From positions 1 through 37,559 of IMG/VR virus record IMGVR_UViG_3300029790_000030: a stretch of DNA of 37,559 nt; one strand, given 5' to 3'. The position numbers and the translations under genes are program-made. A model generated the notes under the pieces. The model did not search any database and was not told where the DNA came from. It saw nothing but the letters and a program-made list of their open reading frames with translations. The stretch is from a virus. Shown in pieces: positions 17,529-25,507 of this stretch (position 1 is its first letter; the number at the start of each line of letters is the position of its first letter).

Positions 17529-18356
17529 TTATACCCTTTTTCTGGGGGGATAAGAAATCCGCGTAACTCCAGATGATGTCTGTTTACGCACGCCTGAATG
17601 TTGTTTTTTAACAGGTCCCCCAATCCAGCGCAGGGTGTTATGAATTATACCGGAGTTGTCTTTCCACGAATAAAAGCAGTCTTCCAGTTGGGAGTAGAGT
17701 GGCATGATTGGAGAGAATTCCGCAACTCGCAATCCAATGATGGTAGTGACAATGTCTGCTATTTGAATACCTATGTTTTTAGCTTGAGATATGGCAAACA
17801 TAGGTATTTCAAGAATAGAGGATCTCATCTGACTACCAGGAGCGCTTTTGACAAGGAAATTGGTAATGGCAGCTGCATTCCTGCCGTTCGTTCCATCATC
17901 CCGGTTATCAATAATGATGATGGCTTTTCTCCCATAATGTTCCCGTTTCATATAGATATTGATACGTTCACAGAGACTTTTGAATGTAGCATCAAGAACA
18001 CCAGTGTCCTTGCAAGAAAAACTTTGCATGGCTTGGTCAAAACAGACACACCCAAATACCGTAATTTTACTTTTTTTCAAAAATTTGAGAATGGATTCAA
18101 TGAGTTTGATGTTAGTTGAGCCTTCGGGGCGCATCTCGTGTTGTTTGAAGGAGTACCGGGATAAGAGATCTTTTCCCTTCAGTTCAGAGTTGTCCGCGTA
18201 GTCTTTTCCAAGATGTTGAAGTTTTAATTTATAAATGGCATTGGCAATTTTTGTGTAGTCTCCAATAGGGATAGCTACTCCACACATAGCTCCAAATTTA
18301 TGTTTTTCTCCCCCTCTATCCAGTTCTCTAAATGTTTCATCCAAGAAAATCAACAT
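17529..18356 (-). CDS. DUF3800-family protein
   Basis: Begins MLIFLDETF (the DUF3800 N-terminal yIDESG-like hallmark) and carries the later IGIQIADIVTTIIG motif (QiADl-like). AT-rich gene in the cargo island. Confidence 0.55.
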   Translation of the reverse strand: MLIFLDETFRELDRGGEKHKFGAMCGVAIPIGDYTKIANAIYKLKLQHLGKDYADNSELKGKDLLSRYSFKQHEMRPEGSTNIKLIESILKFLKKSKITVFGCVCFDQAMQSFSCKDTGVLDATFKSLCERINIYMKREHYGRKAIIIIDNRDDGTNGRNAAAITNFLVKSAPGSQMRSSILEIPMFAISQAKNIGIQIADIVTTIIGLRVAEFSPIMPLYSQLEDCFYSWKDNSGIIHNTLRWIGGPVKKQHSGVRKQTSSGVTRISYPPRKRV

Positions 18357-18654
18357 ACCAATTATTTATGTGTTTTATATACCTAAAGTCCCGACTTCCT
18401 AAAGGGGCGTCACATTCCTTTGCAAGGCGGCGACAACGGATGAAAAACTAAATGAAAAAGGGTACAACCTCAAGGAAATATTGCACAACTATTTTTGGGA
18501 TATACTATATATTGTGGCATTATCCTTGATTTCAAGGAATATTTTTATTGTCTTGCGTGATTTTTCTGTCTAGTACTTGGCTTCATGTTCGTCCGACTGG
18601 TTGTCAAATACTTGAGGACTTGAGTTTTTGAGGATATAGGAATACCTTGGAGAA

Positions 18655-19401
18655 ATGAAAGGTTTACTGATTGCCATTTGCGTTTTCCTGGGGCTGGCAT
18701 TGTTGCCGATGCCCTACGGCTATTATATGTTCCTGCGGTTGGCTGTGTGTGCTTACGCCATATTTGTGTTTACCCAAGAGCAGAAGAAAGGGGTGTGTTT
18801 CGGGAGCGTATCCGCTGCCGCTATTGCTCTGCTTTACAATCCCGTCTTCCGGGTGCATTTGGAGAAGGAGGTCTGGATGTGGGTGAATATAATAACCATA
18901 TTATTATTCATCATTGTCTCGTTGCCATGGAGAGAGTTTGCAGAGACAAGAAGAGAACGAACAAGGAAACTTAAAGAGGAAGCAGAGAAAAGGAATGAGG
19001 AAAAATTTTATGGAGTGTATTATAAATATTTTAAAAGTAATTTGCTTCTTCCGAATTACTGTGTAAGATGTAAAGAAACTATAGACATATCTACAAGCAA
19101 AGATTTATTATGTCCTTCTTGTTATCAAAAAGTTCAAGAATTTATAGAGCAAGAAGAGAATGAATTTACGAAGACGGGAAATCTTCCCATGAAATTGAAT
19201 TTCAAATGTAAACATTGTGGAGCGAAAGAAAGAACAAGATCGTTTACATTTGGATTTTGCAAACCATGTTATTGGTCTCTTTGCGAACTTGAGTCAATCG
19301 CGAAGAAAGATTTAAAAGGCTATGAGCGATATAAAAAAAACATGCTGGCTATAAAAAAAGCAAGAACGAATAAAGAAAAAATCTATTGGCGTCCAGCATG
19401 A
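18655..19401 (+). CDS. Membrane protein with C-terminal double zinc-ribbon (four CxxC pairs)
   Basis: Three predicted N-terminal TM helices, a charged linker, then CVRC...CPSC and CKHC...CKPC. Confidence 0.45.
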   Translation: MKGLLIAICVFLGLALLPMPYGYYMFLRLAVCAYAIFVFTQEQKKGVCFGSVSAAAIALLYNPVFRVHLEKEVWMWVNIITILLFIIVSLPWREFAETRRERTRKLKEEAEKRNEEKFYGVYYKYFKSNLLLPNYCVRCKETIDISTSKDLLCPSCYQKVQEFIEQEENEFTKTGNLPMKLNFKCKHCGAKERTRSFTFGFCKPCYWSLCELESIAKKDLKGYERYKKNMLAIKKARTNKEKIYWRPA

Positions 19402-19565
19402 AAATAATACTAACAGGAAACTCTACCAATTAGGTTAGCCATTCAGGAAAATTTTATATAACAGATAGTTTTTTTTATTTTTATTATTTTATATTTTATT
19501 ATAACGATTATTACTGCACTATATCTGACAATAACTGTTATAAAATAATTACTACAAAAGACGGT

Positions 19566-20042
19566 TTACAAAACCGCATAAATACAACCCGCAATTGTTA
19601 TAATAGGAGCAAACCAAACTAGTAGACCGCCAGCCAGATATGATGCTCTGTGACTAAATGTTCCATATAAAGCAATCCCTAATGATGTATCATAACATCC
19701 ATACATTTGTTTAGTTGTTTGATAGATACCGTTTGAAATAGATAGAGCATAAGTCATGATTAGTAACATAATCGGAATAAGTTCTAGACCTGAATAAAAG
19801 TATATCGCTGCAACATAAAACGAACTGATATAAAGAAGTATACTAATACTTGCTATGAACACTTGAAGACCGGGAGCCTTTTGTCCAAATACATACGCAT
19901 TGATAAGTTCCGGTATAGAGAGTATGAGATTCGCTATAGGCAACACAGCCAAGAGAATGAAGATGATAGCAGGTACATAGAGGCCGATGCAGAATGCCCA
20001 GATAAGTCCAACGAGTGAAATAGGGAGAAGAATAAGGATCAT
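19566..20042 (-). CDS. Polytopic membrane protein (about 5 TM), downstream partner of the YHYH gene
   Basis: 158 aa, almost entirely hydrophobic. Starts 24 nt after the stop of 20067-20351 on the same strand. Confidence 0.45.
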   Translation of the reverse strand: MILILLPISLVGLIWAFCIGLYVPAIIFILLAVLPIANLILSIPELINAYVFGQKAPGLQVFIASISILLYISSFYVAAIYFYSGLELIPIMLLIMTYALSISNGIYQTTKQMYGCYDTSLGIALYGTFSHRASYLAGGLLVWFAPIITIAGCIYAVL

Positions 20043-20066
20043 AGTTTTAAATTGCGCTGATTTTGT

Positions 20067-20351
20067 TTATTTTGCCCCGCCACAAATCTTGCAGTTCACA
20101 CCGCTGGGCGTATCGCTGGCTCGCCCTTTGCAAGCCCGGTAGTACCGGCAGTTTTTGTTATGGGTCTTGCCCGTTGAGCTGATCCAGTACGTTTTTTCTT
20201 CCGCTGCTGTTTTGGCCGCTGGTTTCCGGTGGTAATGATATTCCCCCGTTTTACGGTTGTAGTGACCACCGTTGGCGTCCAAGCCGCCAGGGTGCGCCTC
20301 CGAGAATGAAGTGAGGGAAATAACAGCTAAAATGAGAGAGAATAGTTTCAT
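20067..20351 (-). CDS. Secreted YHYH-motif protein
   Basis: Signal-peptide-like N-terminus MKLFSLILAVISLTSFSEA, a GGHYNRKTGEYHYH motif, and a Cys-rich C-terminus. Confidence 0.5.
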   Translation of the reverse strand: MKLFSLILAVISLTSFSEAHPGGLDANGGHYNRKTGEYHYHRKPAAKTAAEEKTYWISSTGKTHNKNCRYYRACKGRASDTPSGVNCKICGGAK

Positions 20352-20702
20352 GCAAATTCATAATACCATGAAATAAAGAGAGTTGTAAATAATTTGCTTA
20401 ACTCTTTCAAAGGCATTACGAAAGGATTATTTCCAACATTTATTTACATGTTTCACCTGCAGTTTATCGTTGTTTGCTAGAAGGGGCCGCGTGGAGGAAG
20501 GTATTACATTAACAAGAACGGGAATAAGACGTATATCAAAAGAAAATAAAAGCCCCCTGGCCCGGAGGCCAAGGGGCGAAGCATTCTAACGTAAAGAGGC
20601 TAAATAATAGCCTCTCTTCTCAGAATAAGCAACTCCTAAATCATTGTTTCAGTATCATTATGTGAAAATGCGTACTGGAATTGTTATTGAGGGAGTGTGT
20701 CC

Positions 20703-20736
20703 AACAAAAAGGAGCTGCCCCGATAGAGGCAGCTCC
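20703..20736 (-). terminator. Intrinsic terminator downstream of hicA on the minus strand
   Basis: Perfect 9-bp stem GGAGCTGCC/GGCAGCTCC (20711-20736). On the minus strand it is followed by TTTTTGTTGG, the reverse complement of 20701-20710. Confidence 0.55.
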
Positions 20737-20753
20737 TGAATAGAGTCAGGCTG

Positions 20754-20960
20754 TTAATCTTCCCAGGTTCCACCTGCAGCTTCAATAGCATCCCGTACTT
20801 CCCTGATCAGGTAAGGAGGTGCATTGTCTGGATCGTGGCCCGGGATAGTCACCGTCTGTCCATGAGGATGATCGTATACACGATGGGAACCTCGTCCTTG
20901 TCCTTGCTGCAGAATGAATCCGGCATCTCGTAACCGTCTGATTAGATCTCGTATTCGCAT
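20754..20960 (-). CDS. hicA: HicA-family mRNA-interferase toxin domain protein; no HicB partner found
   Basis: MRIRDLIRRLRDAGFILQQGQGRGSHRVYDHPHGQTVTIPGHDPDNAPPYLIREVRDAIEAAGG matches the HicA consensus (GSH...hp.g..vtiP.H....g.l..I). The ORF-track start at 20999 is a TTG; ATG at 20960 is preferred. Confidence 0.6.
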   Translation of the reverse strand: MRIRDLIRRLRDAGFILQQGQGRGSHRVYDHPHGQTVTIPGHDPDNAPPYLIREVRDAIEAAGGTWED

Positions 20961-21076
20961 AAGTGATGTTGAAGATACGAGAAGAGAGGAGAGTTTCAAT
21001 GGACGCTGTCCGAATGGAAAAATCAGCCTTTTTAATAGTCTAGATTGCTCGAAAGAAATGATTACCCTTTATTTAT

Positions 21077-22042
21077 TCAAATTATTTTACCAGGAAGGAT
21101 AATAAGACCGTTATCCACTATTTTTTTAGGAAGGAGCTTTCTATATGGAAAGCTTCCCATAGGAGTATCATGAAATACTTCATTTTCTATTTTGAAGTAA
21201 TTAGGAGATATATAAGAATTTACTATTTTTATTTCTGGTTTTTCAATATTTTCTAGTTGTAATTGTTTGTACCATTCTTGAACGTAGTGAACATTATGCG
21301 GAAACCTGACTCCAAGGACAATTCCAGATAGATATTGCAATATTTCTGAAAAAAATATATTCCCTTCATCATCTGTTGATGATGCATATTTTATTAAACA
21401 TAATAGGCGCATTTCTTTTTCAAAAAACCAAGATTTATCCTTTGTTATCATTAAATCTTCTATGACTTTTGGATTAAAAAGAGGGAATACATCAGAAAAA
21501 ACAACCCTATTTCTCTTATATAAAACATTATATAAGCAATTATGCAAAAAATCTTCATGTAATTTTTCTATTCTCCAATGATTGTAATTTGGCTCGTTGT
21601 GCGGTGTTACAGGTAATGAGAAAACCAGACACACTCCTTTATGCTTATCTGCGTAATGTCCCCACATCGCAGCAGATGATACGGATCTTGAAAAACAAAT
21701 TACTTGATGAGAGGAATGTTTAGTATAATCGTTATATGTTTTTCTGGCTGGTAAAAATTCAAAAATATCATTTGTTCTATAAGGATTTGTTCCTTTTATT
21801 CGCCATTCTCTGAGTATTTTTTTCGCAATTTCCCAAGACTGATAAATATAAAGGTCAACAACTTTGGGATTCATAAATTGCAATAAAGTTTCTTCATGTT
21901 CTCTAGAAGGAGCTTCCCCGTCTTCCACCCATTTATCTACATCCTTCTCTGAAAGACAAAAATTATGGGCTATCCACTTTTTATCTCTATTTGAGAATTT
22001 TAACCATTCTTTTATTTTTTCAGAATATGCAGAATTAACCAT
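21077..22042 (-). CDS. DUF2971-like protein
   Basis: 321 aa, AT-rich. Core VICFSRSVSSAAMWGHYADKHKGVCLVFSL resembles the DUF2971 hallmark as I recall it (c.S.s....MWs.YAd.hkGvci.F). Lies 77 bp upstream of hicA and 114 bp downstream of the repressor on the same strand. Confidence 0.45.
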   Translation of the reverse strand: MVNSAYSEKIKEWLKFSNRDKKWIAHNFCLSEKDVDKWVEDGEAPSREHEETLLQFMNPKVVDLYIYQSWEIAKKILREWRIKGTNPYRTNDIFEFLPARKTYNDYTKHSSHQVICFSRSVSSAAMWGHYADKHKGVCLVFSLPVTPHNEPNYNHWRIEKLHEDFLHNCLYNVLYKRNRVVFSDVFPLFNPKVIEDLMITKDKSWFFEKEMRLLCLIKYASSTDDEGNIFFSEILQYLSGIVLGVRFPHNVHYVQEWYKQLQLENIEKPEIKIVNSYISPNYFKIENEVFHDTPMGSFPYRKLLPKKIVDNGLIILPGKII

Positions 22043-22156
22043 GACTGTTTTTGAAAAAATTAAATAATAAAAACCATTCTTTTTAGCCGATATTTTATTG
22101 ATGAATACAAGTACAATATCAATATACTTTATATGTTATTGTTCAATTTTTTTGAA

Positions 22157-22969
22157 TCAAGCTTTCTCCCACCTGTCCAGCGTTTCCACATAGATGCCGG
22201 AGATTTTGCCGCCGTCCATGGGTTCGATGTCTCCGAAGTTGGGGTTGATGGGATGGAGGGTGTATTCCATTTTGCCGGTTTCCGGGTTTTTCCTGCGAAC
22301 CAGTTTTTTGAGCGTCACGCCGCGTTCATCATGGTATTGAACAATGGTTCCGGGTTTGGGGATGGGGGGGATGGTGTATTTTTTCATGATGACCACGGAG
22401 CCGTCCGGGATGGAGGGTTCCATAGAGTGACCGTTGACGCGCAGCAGGTATTCCCCTTTTTCCAGTTCACGGTATAGCCGGATGTCCTGCGGAATGGTGT
22501 CTCCATCCGCCAGGTTGCCGGCGGCAATGTTGCCGATGATTCGTCCCTGAGCCTCCAAAGGAGGGGTTGTGAATGTTTCTACCGGGGTAAACTGCTGGCT
22601 GGGAGCTTCTGCTTTCCTTTTCTGATGTGCCTTGGCTGTGACTTGAAGGATATGGGAAACCATATCCTCTATAGTTTTTTTTGCTTCATCCGCCATGGCG
22701 CGAAGTTGCTTTTCAAAGTCTGGCGGAAGCTCAAACTCAATTTCTTCCTCTCCTGACATCAGCTTTTCAATGAGTTCCATTTTTTGAGGAACGATCGGCT
22801 TTCCGGCAGAAAGCCAGTTATCCACCGTTCGCTTACTGACCAATGTTTTTTCAGCTAACCACGCACGGTCTTTCCCTATCTCTTTGAGCCACGTTTTGAT
22901 GTCTTCAGCATTGAGCATGTCAGCATTATGCACCAGAAGTGCATCAAGCGCAATAGAAATATTTACCAT
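22157..22969 (-). CDS. CI/LexA-type prophage repressor (HTH plus S24 peptidase)
   Basis: N-terminal HTH AWLAEKTLVSKRTVDNWLSAGKPI. C-terminal S24 signature VNGHSMEPSIPDGSVVIMKK with a downstream Lys (VTLKKL). The long ORF extension to 23224 is probably spurious; an alternative ATG lies at 22918. Confidence 0.65.
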   Translation of the reverse strand: MVNISIALDALLVHNADMLNAEDIKTWLKEIGKDRAWLAEKTLVSKRTVDNWLSAGKPIVPQKMELIEKLMSGEEEIEFELPPDFEKQLRAMADEAKKTIEDMVSHILQVTAKAHQKRKAEAPSQQFTPVETFTTPPLEAQGRIIGNIAAGNLADGDTIPQDIRLYRELEKGEYLLRVNGHSMEPSIPDGSVVIMKKYTIPPIPKPGTIVQYHDERGVTLKKLVRRKNPETGKMEYTLHPINPNFGDIEPMDGGKISGIYVETLDRWEKA

Positions 22970-23020
22970 TGATGCACCAGAAACGAAAAATAATGTTGAC
23001 TTAATTTCGTTCTGGGTGCA
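22930..23020. promoter_or_regulatory. Operator-like repeats in the cI/cro divergent region
   Basis: TGCACCAGAA occurs at 22930-22939 and 22973-22982. TGCACCAGAAACGAA (22973-22987) faces its near-perfect inverted copy TTCGTTCTGGGTGCA (23006-23020). The 17-bp spacer holds TTGACT, and TTGACA lies at 23025-23030. Confidence 0.5.
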
Positions 23021-23054
23021 TTTTGACAATATCAACAGCACGCAAGACGCGAAT

Positions 23055-23240
23055 ATGATCATCAACCTGAAAAAAGAAACGCAAGAAGTGCGGGAGTGGT
23101 TCCGGGAGGCGCAGGCCGCTACAGGCTTGAGCGGCCGGGCTCTCGTTATCGGCGCCATCATGGATTTCCGCCAGAAGGCAAAAGACCGTAGTCCACAGCC
23201 TCGGAAGAAGAACTCCGAACCCAAGAAGCCGGCAGCATGA
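23055..23240 (+). CDS. Small Cro-like DNA-binding regulator, divergent from the repressor
   Basis: 61 aa from the ATG at 23055 (MIINLKKETQEVREWFREAQAATGLSGRALVIGAIMDF...). Classic cI/cro layout. The long ORF 22884-23240 is probably an over-extension. Confidence 0.35.
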   Translation: MIINLKKETQEVREWFREAQAATGLSGRALVIGAIMDFRQKAKDRSPQPRKKNSEPKKPAA

Positions 23241-23773
23241 AAATAGAAGATTTAGTCGTCCGGATAGAGTTTCTTAATAGCAAATTGGGAGAGTCTAAAG
23301 ATACGCCATGTATTGGGGTGAATGCGGATGGTGCCAACATCGACCAGGAATCCTTTGTTTACGAGACAGCGGACGCTTTTGTCCGCAGGGTCGAGTTCAA
23401 GCTCGGCGCTCTGGGATTGAACAAAGGAAAGAAGCCTTTCCTTCTCGTCTTTGGGGAGACTTTGGAAGATACGTTCGTTCCTTTTCTCTGCGGCATGGTT
23501 GGAAGAAAGCTGGAGAAGATTGCCGCCAAGCTTCCCCATGATGCGCACCAGAATAATGGAAATACTAAACAGGAAGATGATATATGCGACGTGGTTGTAC
23601 TGGTTTGTCCACTCGGAGATGCCAAGTGGTATCAGAAGTTTCTCTGGGGTGATGAGGTAAATCCCGCTGGCACAAGCAAGTACGCAGTCCGTGTGTTTGA
23701 TGGCGAGCGTTTTAAGGAGCTCCGCGAGTGGTCCAAGCGTGGCGATTTCCATGGCCAGGACTTTACCCGATAA
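23237..23773 (+). CDS. Hypothetical protein (178 aa)
   Basis: ATGA overlap with the upstream small gene; protein-like composition. Preferred over antisense ORF 23252-23752. Confidence 0.4.
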   Translation: MKIEDLVVRIEFLNSKLGESKDTPCIGVNADGANIDQESFVYETADAFVRRVEFKLGALGLNKGKKPFLLVFGETLEDTFVPFLCGMVGRKLEKIAAKLPHDAHQNNGNTKQEDDICDVVVLVCPLGDAKWYQKFLWGDEVNPAGTSKYAVRVFDGERFKELREWSKRGDFHGQDFTR

Positions 23774-23796
23774 CCATAATTATTTCAAACCTAACA

Positions 23797-24054
23797 ATGA
23801 TGATGAATACGAATACTGAATTACCGAAGAATGCAAAGCTGCTTACCGTGGAGGAAGCGAAGGAGCTAGTGAATAATAATTACCGCTATTATGTTAATGG
23901 TGATGGTCTGGTAAAAATACAATATTCCATCTCTCCGCAACCTCTACATGGAACGGAGTTTCTTGTAGTTGGAAGTGAAGAAGGCAAATGCCTGATTACC
24001 CAAAGAAAGGAATTCGAAGATGCGATAGAATTGCGGACAACTTGCGATCAATAA
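23797..24054 (+). CDS. Hypothetical small protein
   Basis: Internal ATG of ORF 23728-24054 (MMMNTNTELPKNAKLLTVEEAK...). Confidence 0.3.
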   Translation: MMMNTNTELPKNAKLLTVEEAKELVNNNYRYYVNGDGLVKIQYSISPQPLHGTEFLVVGSEEGKCLITQRKEFEDAIELRTTCDQ

Positions 24055-24318
24055 TTTCGGCCTGAGATTTACTTGCTGTTTTTTTCTTTAATTCATCAAC
24101 ATCTTTTTTCAGTTGAATGATTTTTCCATTTATATCTATAAGGGACTCTTTGACAAATTGCTGAAATTGATATTCTTCCATATTCATAGCGGACTAATAA
24201 TAATAAAATAAGACTATTTCACAATCATAAATGCTGCCAGGGGAATACGAAATCCATATTCATAGCACTCTATCCCTCAAAGCGAAAGCAGGTAGCACCA
24301 ATTTCCAACAAATAACTA

Positions 24319-24468
24319 ATGATGAACTGGACTGAATTTATTGTTGTGACGCTGCTTAACCTGGCAGGCTACCTGTCCGCGCTGATGCTTGGTATCAGCC
24401 TGGGAGAGAAACACATCATACGCCAGGTGAACAGAACCCTGGAACAGATGAGAAAGGAGCGGGCATGA
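24319..24468 (+). CDS. Small single-TM protein (49 aa), tentative
   Basis: MMNWTEFIVVTLLNLAGYLSALMLGISLGEK...; stop overlaps the next ATG (ATGA). Confidence 0.25.
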   Translation: MMNWTEFIVVTLLNLAGYLSALMLGISLGEKHIIRQVNRTLEQMRKERA

Positions 24469-24632
24469 TTATCGAATACGACTTTGAAGACCGGTGCATC
24501 CGGGTGAATGGCGAATACGTCGCCATCCGGGAAGCGGAGGGCCTCAAGGACGAGCTGGAATTAGCGATTGACCAGTGGGAAGTGGATCACGCCGAGCAGT
24601 GCGATAACCCCGACGGACACTACGACGACTGA
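24465..24632 (+). CDS. Small acidic protein (55 aa), tentative
   Basis: MIIEYDFEDRCIRVNGEYVAIREAEGLKDELELAIDQWEVDHAEQCDNPDGHYDD. Confidence 0.25.
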   Translation: MIIEYDFEDRCIRVNGEYVAIREAEGLKDELELAIDQWEVDHAEQCDNPDGHYDD

Positions 24633-24808
24633 ATTATGGAAGAAGACCTGATCGAAGAATTGAAGCTGCTCGGCTGGCACGAGCTTTAACTAATCGCCCG
24701 GCCCAGGTGGGGCCTAAAAACCAAAATACACAAATCGGTAGATAAGAATAATACGGTCTGGCAGGCGCGGGGCATACCCGTCCGGGCGGCCATTTTAATT
24801 AACCGAAC

Positions 24809-25228
24809 ATGAGCACGAATGAAAAAACGTTGAAGAGTCTGGCGGAGGCCCTGGAAACCATAGCCAGGGTGCTTAAGGAGGCTGCTTCTTCTCCTGTTCC
24901 TTCCTCCCCGGAGGCGGCGAGCGTGGGATTATTGCCTGATTCCGACGAGGCGCAGGCGATTGCCGCCTTCCGCGGCAAGGTAGTTGTCACTTTGGATGAC
25001 GTAAGGTTCATGACGGGCTGGGGAAGAGAGCGCATTCTTGCCCTTGTCCAGGACGGCTGCATTCAGGCGTTGCCCGGAACAGGAAGCGCCGGATGCCCCT
25101 ATGAGTTCCCTGCCCTGTCTGTATGGCGCTATATCCACCAGCAGGATCATGCACAGAAGCCTCAAGTGAATGGAGTGGATATGAATATTCTTCCCCCGCG
25201 CAGAAGAAGAAAGGGGGTTGCGGCATGA
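24809..25228 (+). CDS. Hypothetical protein, possible Xis/AlpA-like HTH
   Basis: VVVTLDDVRFMTGWGRERILALVQDG resembles excisionase/MerR-type HTH segments; otherwise no motif. Confidence 0.3.
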   Translation: MSTNEKTLKSLAEALETIARVLKEAASSPVPSSPEAASVGLLPDSDEAQAIAAFRGKVVVTLDDVRFMTGWGRERILALVQDGCIQALPGTGSAGCPYEFPALSVWRYIHQQDHAQKPQVNGVDMNILPPRRRRKGVAA

Positions 25229-25431
25229 ATACCTTTTTCAAGTTTTTGGGGGCCTGCTCCTTTGGTTTTTCCGCTGCGTGCCTGTTCTGGCTGGCGGTGG
25301 AGCTGGATAACGCCGAGCTGCAGGCGGGCAAGAGCCCGCATTCCGGGTTTTGCCCGGAGTCTCCCACTCCCATGAAAGCTTTTGACGGTTTGGAAAAACC
25401 GTCCCGCCCTCACGGTATGAGGAAACAATGA
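25228..25431 (+). CDS. Small membrane protein (68 aa), tentative
   Basis: ATGA overlap with the upstream stop; MNTFFKFLGACSFGFSAACLFWLAVEL... has one TM. Confidence 0.3.
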   Translation, partial: NTFFKFLGACSFGFSAACLFWLAVELDNAELQAGKSPHSGFCPESPTPMKAFDGLEKPSRPHGMRKQ

Positions 25432-25507
25432 GTTGGCCGGGGTCAGTTGGCCCTGACTCCCGGCCTGTTACAAATGCAACCTACAAAATTACAATAAGTA
25501 ACGAGTT

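Noticed and set aside
19402-19565. Very AT-rich, low-complexity spacer (ttttttttatttttattattttatattttatt)
   Set aside because: Convergent intergenic region. Looks like simple low-complexity sequence or terminators, not a CRISPR array or structured RNA.
22969-23224. 85-codon N-terminal extension of the repressor ORF and the long plus ORF 22884-23240
   Set aside because: The extension translation (MGSEFFFRGCGLRSF...) is not protein-like and would run through the operator region. Shorter starts at 22969 and 23055 are preferred.
23252-23752. Minus-strand 166-aa ORF overlapping 23237-23773
   Set aside because: The plus-strand ORF is translationally coupled (ATGA) to the upstream gene and reads more protein-like. 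Only one of the two can be real, and the minus one is less supported.
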